From Candidatus Tremblayella phenacoccinincola (GTDB lineage Bacteria; Pseudomonadota; Gammaproteobacteria; Burkholderiales; Burkholderiaceae): a DNA stretch of 6,528 nt. Below are positions 6,201-6,528 of the stretch, one piece after another. The notes below the pieces were generated by a model. It was not told the origin of the DNA. It saw only the letters and a list, made by a program, of their open reading frames with translations, and did not search any database. The number at the start of each line of letters is the position of its first letter. Positions within the stretch are counted from its first letter, which is position 1. The translations under genes and the position numbers were made by a program. Location of the stretch: positions 1 through 6,528 of the forward strand of contig NZ_MKGN01000017.1 of assembly GCF_002682985.1 (NCBI RefSeq), in the 5' to 3' direction.

Positions 6201-6420
6201 CTATGGGTTAGGGGTAGGAGAGAGGGAGGTAAGGCAGTAGCGAGGGAGAACATAGGGGTGTTCTGGGTTAATCTCTGGAATGATTAGTAGGTGGTTCTGG
6301 ATAGTAGGTAGTGGAGTTAGGGTCAGTAGTAAACAGAAGAGGATGTTTGTGAGGGAGTATGTGTGGGAACTCTCAGTAGGAAAGGTATCCCGGAGAAGGT
6401 TGGGGTGGAAAGCAGTAGTA
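6201..6420. repeat. G-rich, C-depleted low-complexity block carrying six dispersed YAGTAG hexamers; no recognisable gene
   Basis: My hand count on the plus strand gives G=90, C=17, A=60, T=53 over 220 nt. CAGTAG occurs at 6235, 6324, 6374 and 6413, and TAGTAG at 6285 and 6302. There is an imperfect tandem unit TCTGGA(ATGAT)TAGTAGGT at 6274-6292 and TCTGGATAGTAGGT at 6296-6309. GAGGGAG occurs at 6222, 6242 and 6351. Confidence 0.7.
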
Positions 6421-6446
6421 TGTTCTGCTGTCAGTCTGTTCATTGT

Positions 6447-6464
6447 TTCGTTAGCTTCGTTAGC
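6447..6464. repeat. Perfect tandem 9-mer x2 (TTCGTTAGC TTCGTTAGC)
   Basis: Read directly from the sequence. It is followed by a near-repeat TAGCCTCAT(ACATA) at 6461 and TAGCCTCAT(CATACATA) at 6480. Confidence 0.8.
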
Positions 6465-6528
6465 CTCATACATATACGATAGCCTCATCATACATACTTT
6501 AAGGCTGTTCTCCTAGACTATCAACCCT

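Noticed and set aside
6205-6267. G-quadruplex or telomere-like motif (GGGTTAGGGG, eleven G3+ runs between 6162 and 6405)
   Set aside because: The spacers between consecutive G-runs are mostly 8-17 nt. No set of four runs meets the usual loop limit of 7 nt or less. The single TTAGGG is consistent with chance in such G-rich DNA.
6376-6420. Resemblance to the RNase P RNA P4 region (AGGAAAGGTATCCCGG vs GAGGAAAGTCCGGGC) or the SRP RNA (GGAAAGCAG)
   Set aside because: These are isolated short similarities. The surrounding sequence lacks the complementary strands and the other universally conserved blocks. It is too C-poor to form the required helices, and no tRNA-like or T-loop element (as in tmRNA) is present.
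383-6497. 12-nt inverted match: GTATGTATGATG at 383-394 and its reverse complement at 6486-6497
   Set aside because: About one 12-mer inverted match is expected by chance in a 6.5-kb AT-leaning window. The match does not extend, and nothing transposon-like (transposase, target duplication) lies between or beside the copies.
6201-6516. Mutually overlapping ORFs 6201-6491 (minus, 96 aa, Pro/Thr/Leu-rich) and 6280-6516 (plus, 78 aa)
   Set aside because: Both sit in the extreme G/C-skewed block, and their amino-acid composition simply mirrors that skew. The minus ORF has no SD at usable spacing, and I recognise no homologue. I kept the block as a non-coding composition or repeat feature, although a fast-evolving small protein cannot be excluded without a search.
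1-6528. Alternative genetic code (for example UGA=Trp), mobile elements, CRISPR, or toxin-antitoxin or defence genes
   Set aside because: carA, carB and rlmE read through at full length under the standard code. Both dnaQ fragments also read cleanly under it; their interruption is a frame change, not a reassigned stop. Where I checked a Trp codon, the C-terminal W of dnaQ, it is TGG. No transposase or integrase-like ORF, repeat-spacer array or small paired ORFs are present.

Overview
This is a compact, moderately AT-rich stretch of bacterial housekeeping genes. Its layout resembles a reduced-genome, endosymbiont-style proteobacterial chromosome. On the minus strand, carA (4295-5401), carB (1115-4291) and an rlmE/ftsJ-like 23S rRNA methyltransferase gene (484-1122) are packed as one unit, with a 3-nt carA/carB gap and an 8-nt carB/rlmE overlap. 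On the plus strand, tRNA-Leu(GAG) and an initiator-type tRNA-fMet(CAU) lie at 138-324 and converge on rlmE. Also on the plus strand is dnaQ (5469-6148), which is split into two reading frames by a frame break within 5705-5729, although all three exonuclease motifs are intact. The last ~380 bp (6149-6528) contain no gene I can recognise. They include a 220-bp G-rich, C-depleted block with a recurrent YAGTAG hexamer. I see no mobile element, CRISPR array, defence locus or biosynthetic cluster, and no convincing novel multi-gene system. Three items deserve a second look: the dnaQ frame break, the apparently degenerate catalytic tetrad of the RlmE homologue, and the strongly skewed non-coding block after dnaQ. 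All homology statements rest on my recollection of E. coli reference sequences and by-eye alignment, not on a search.
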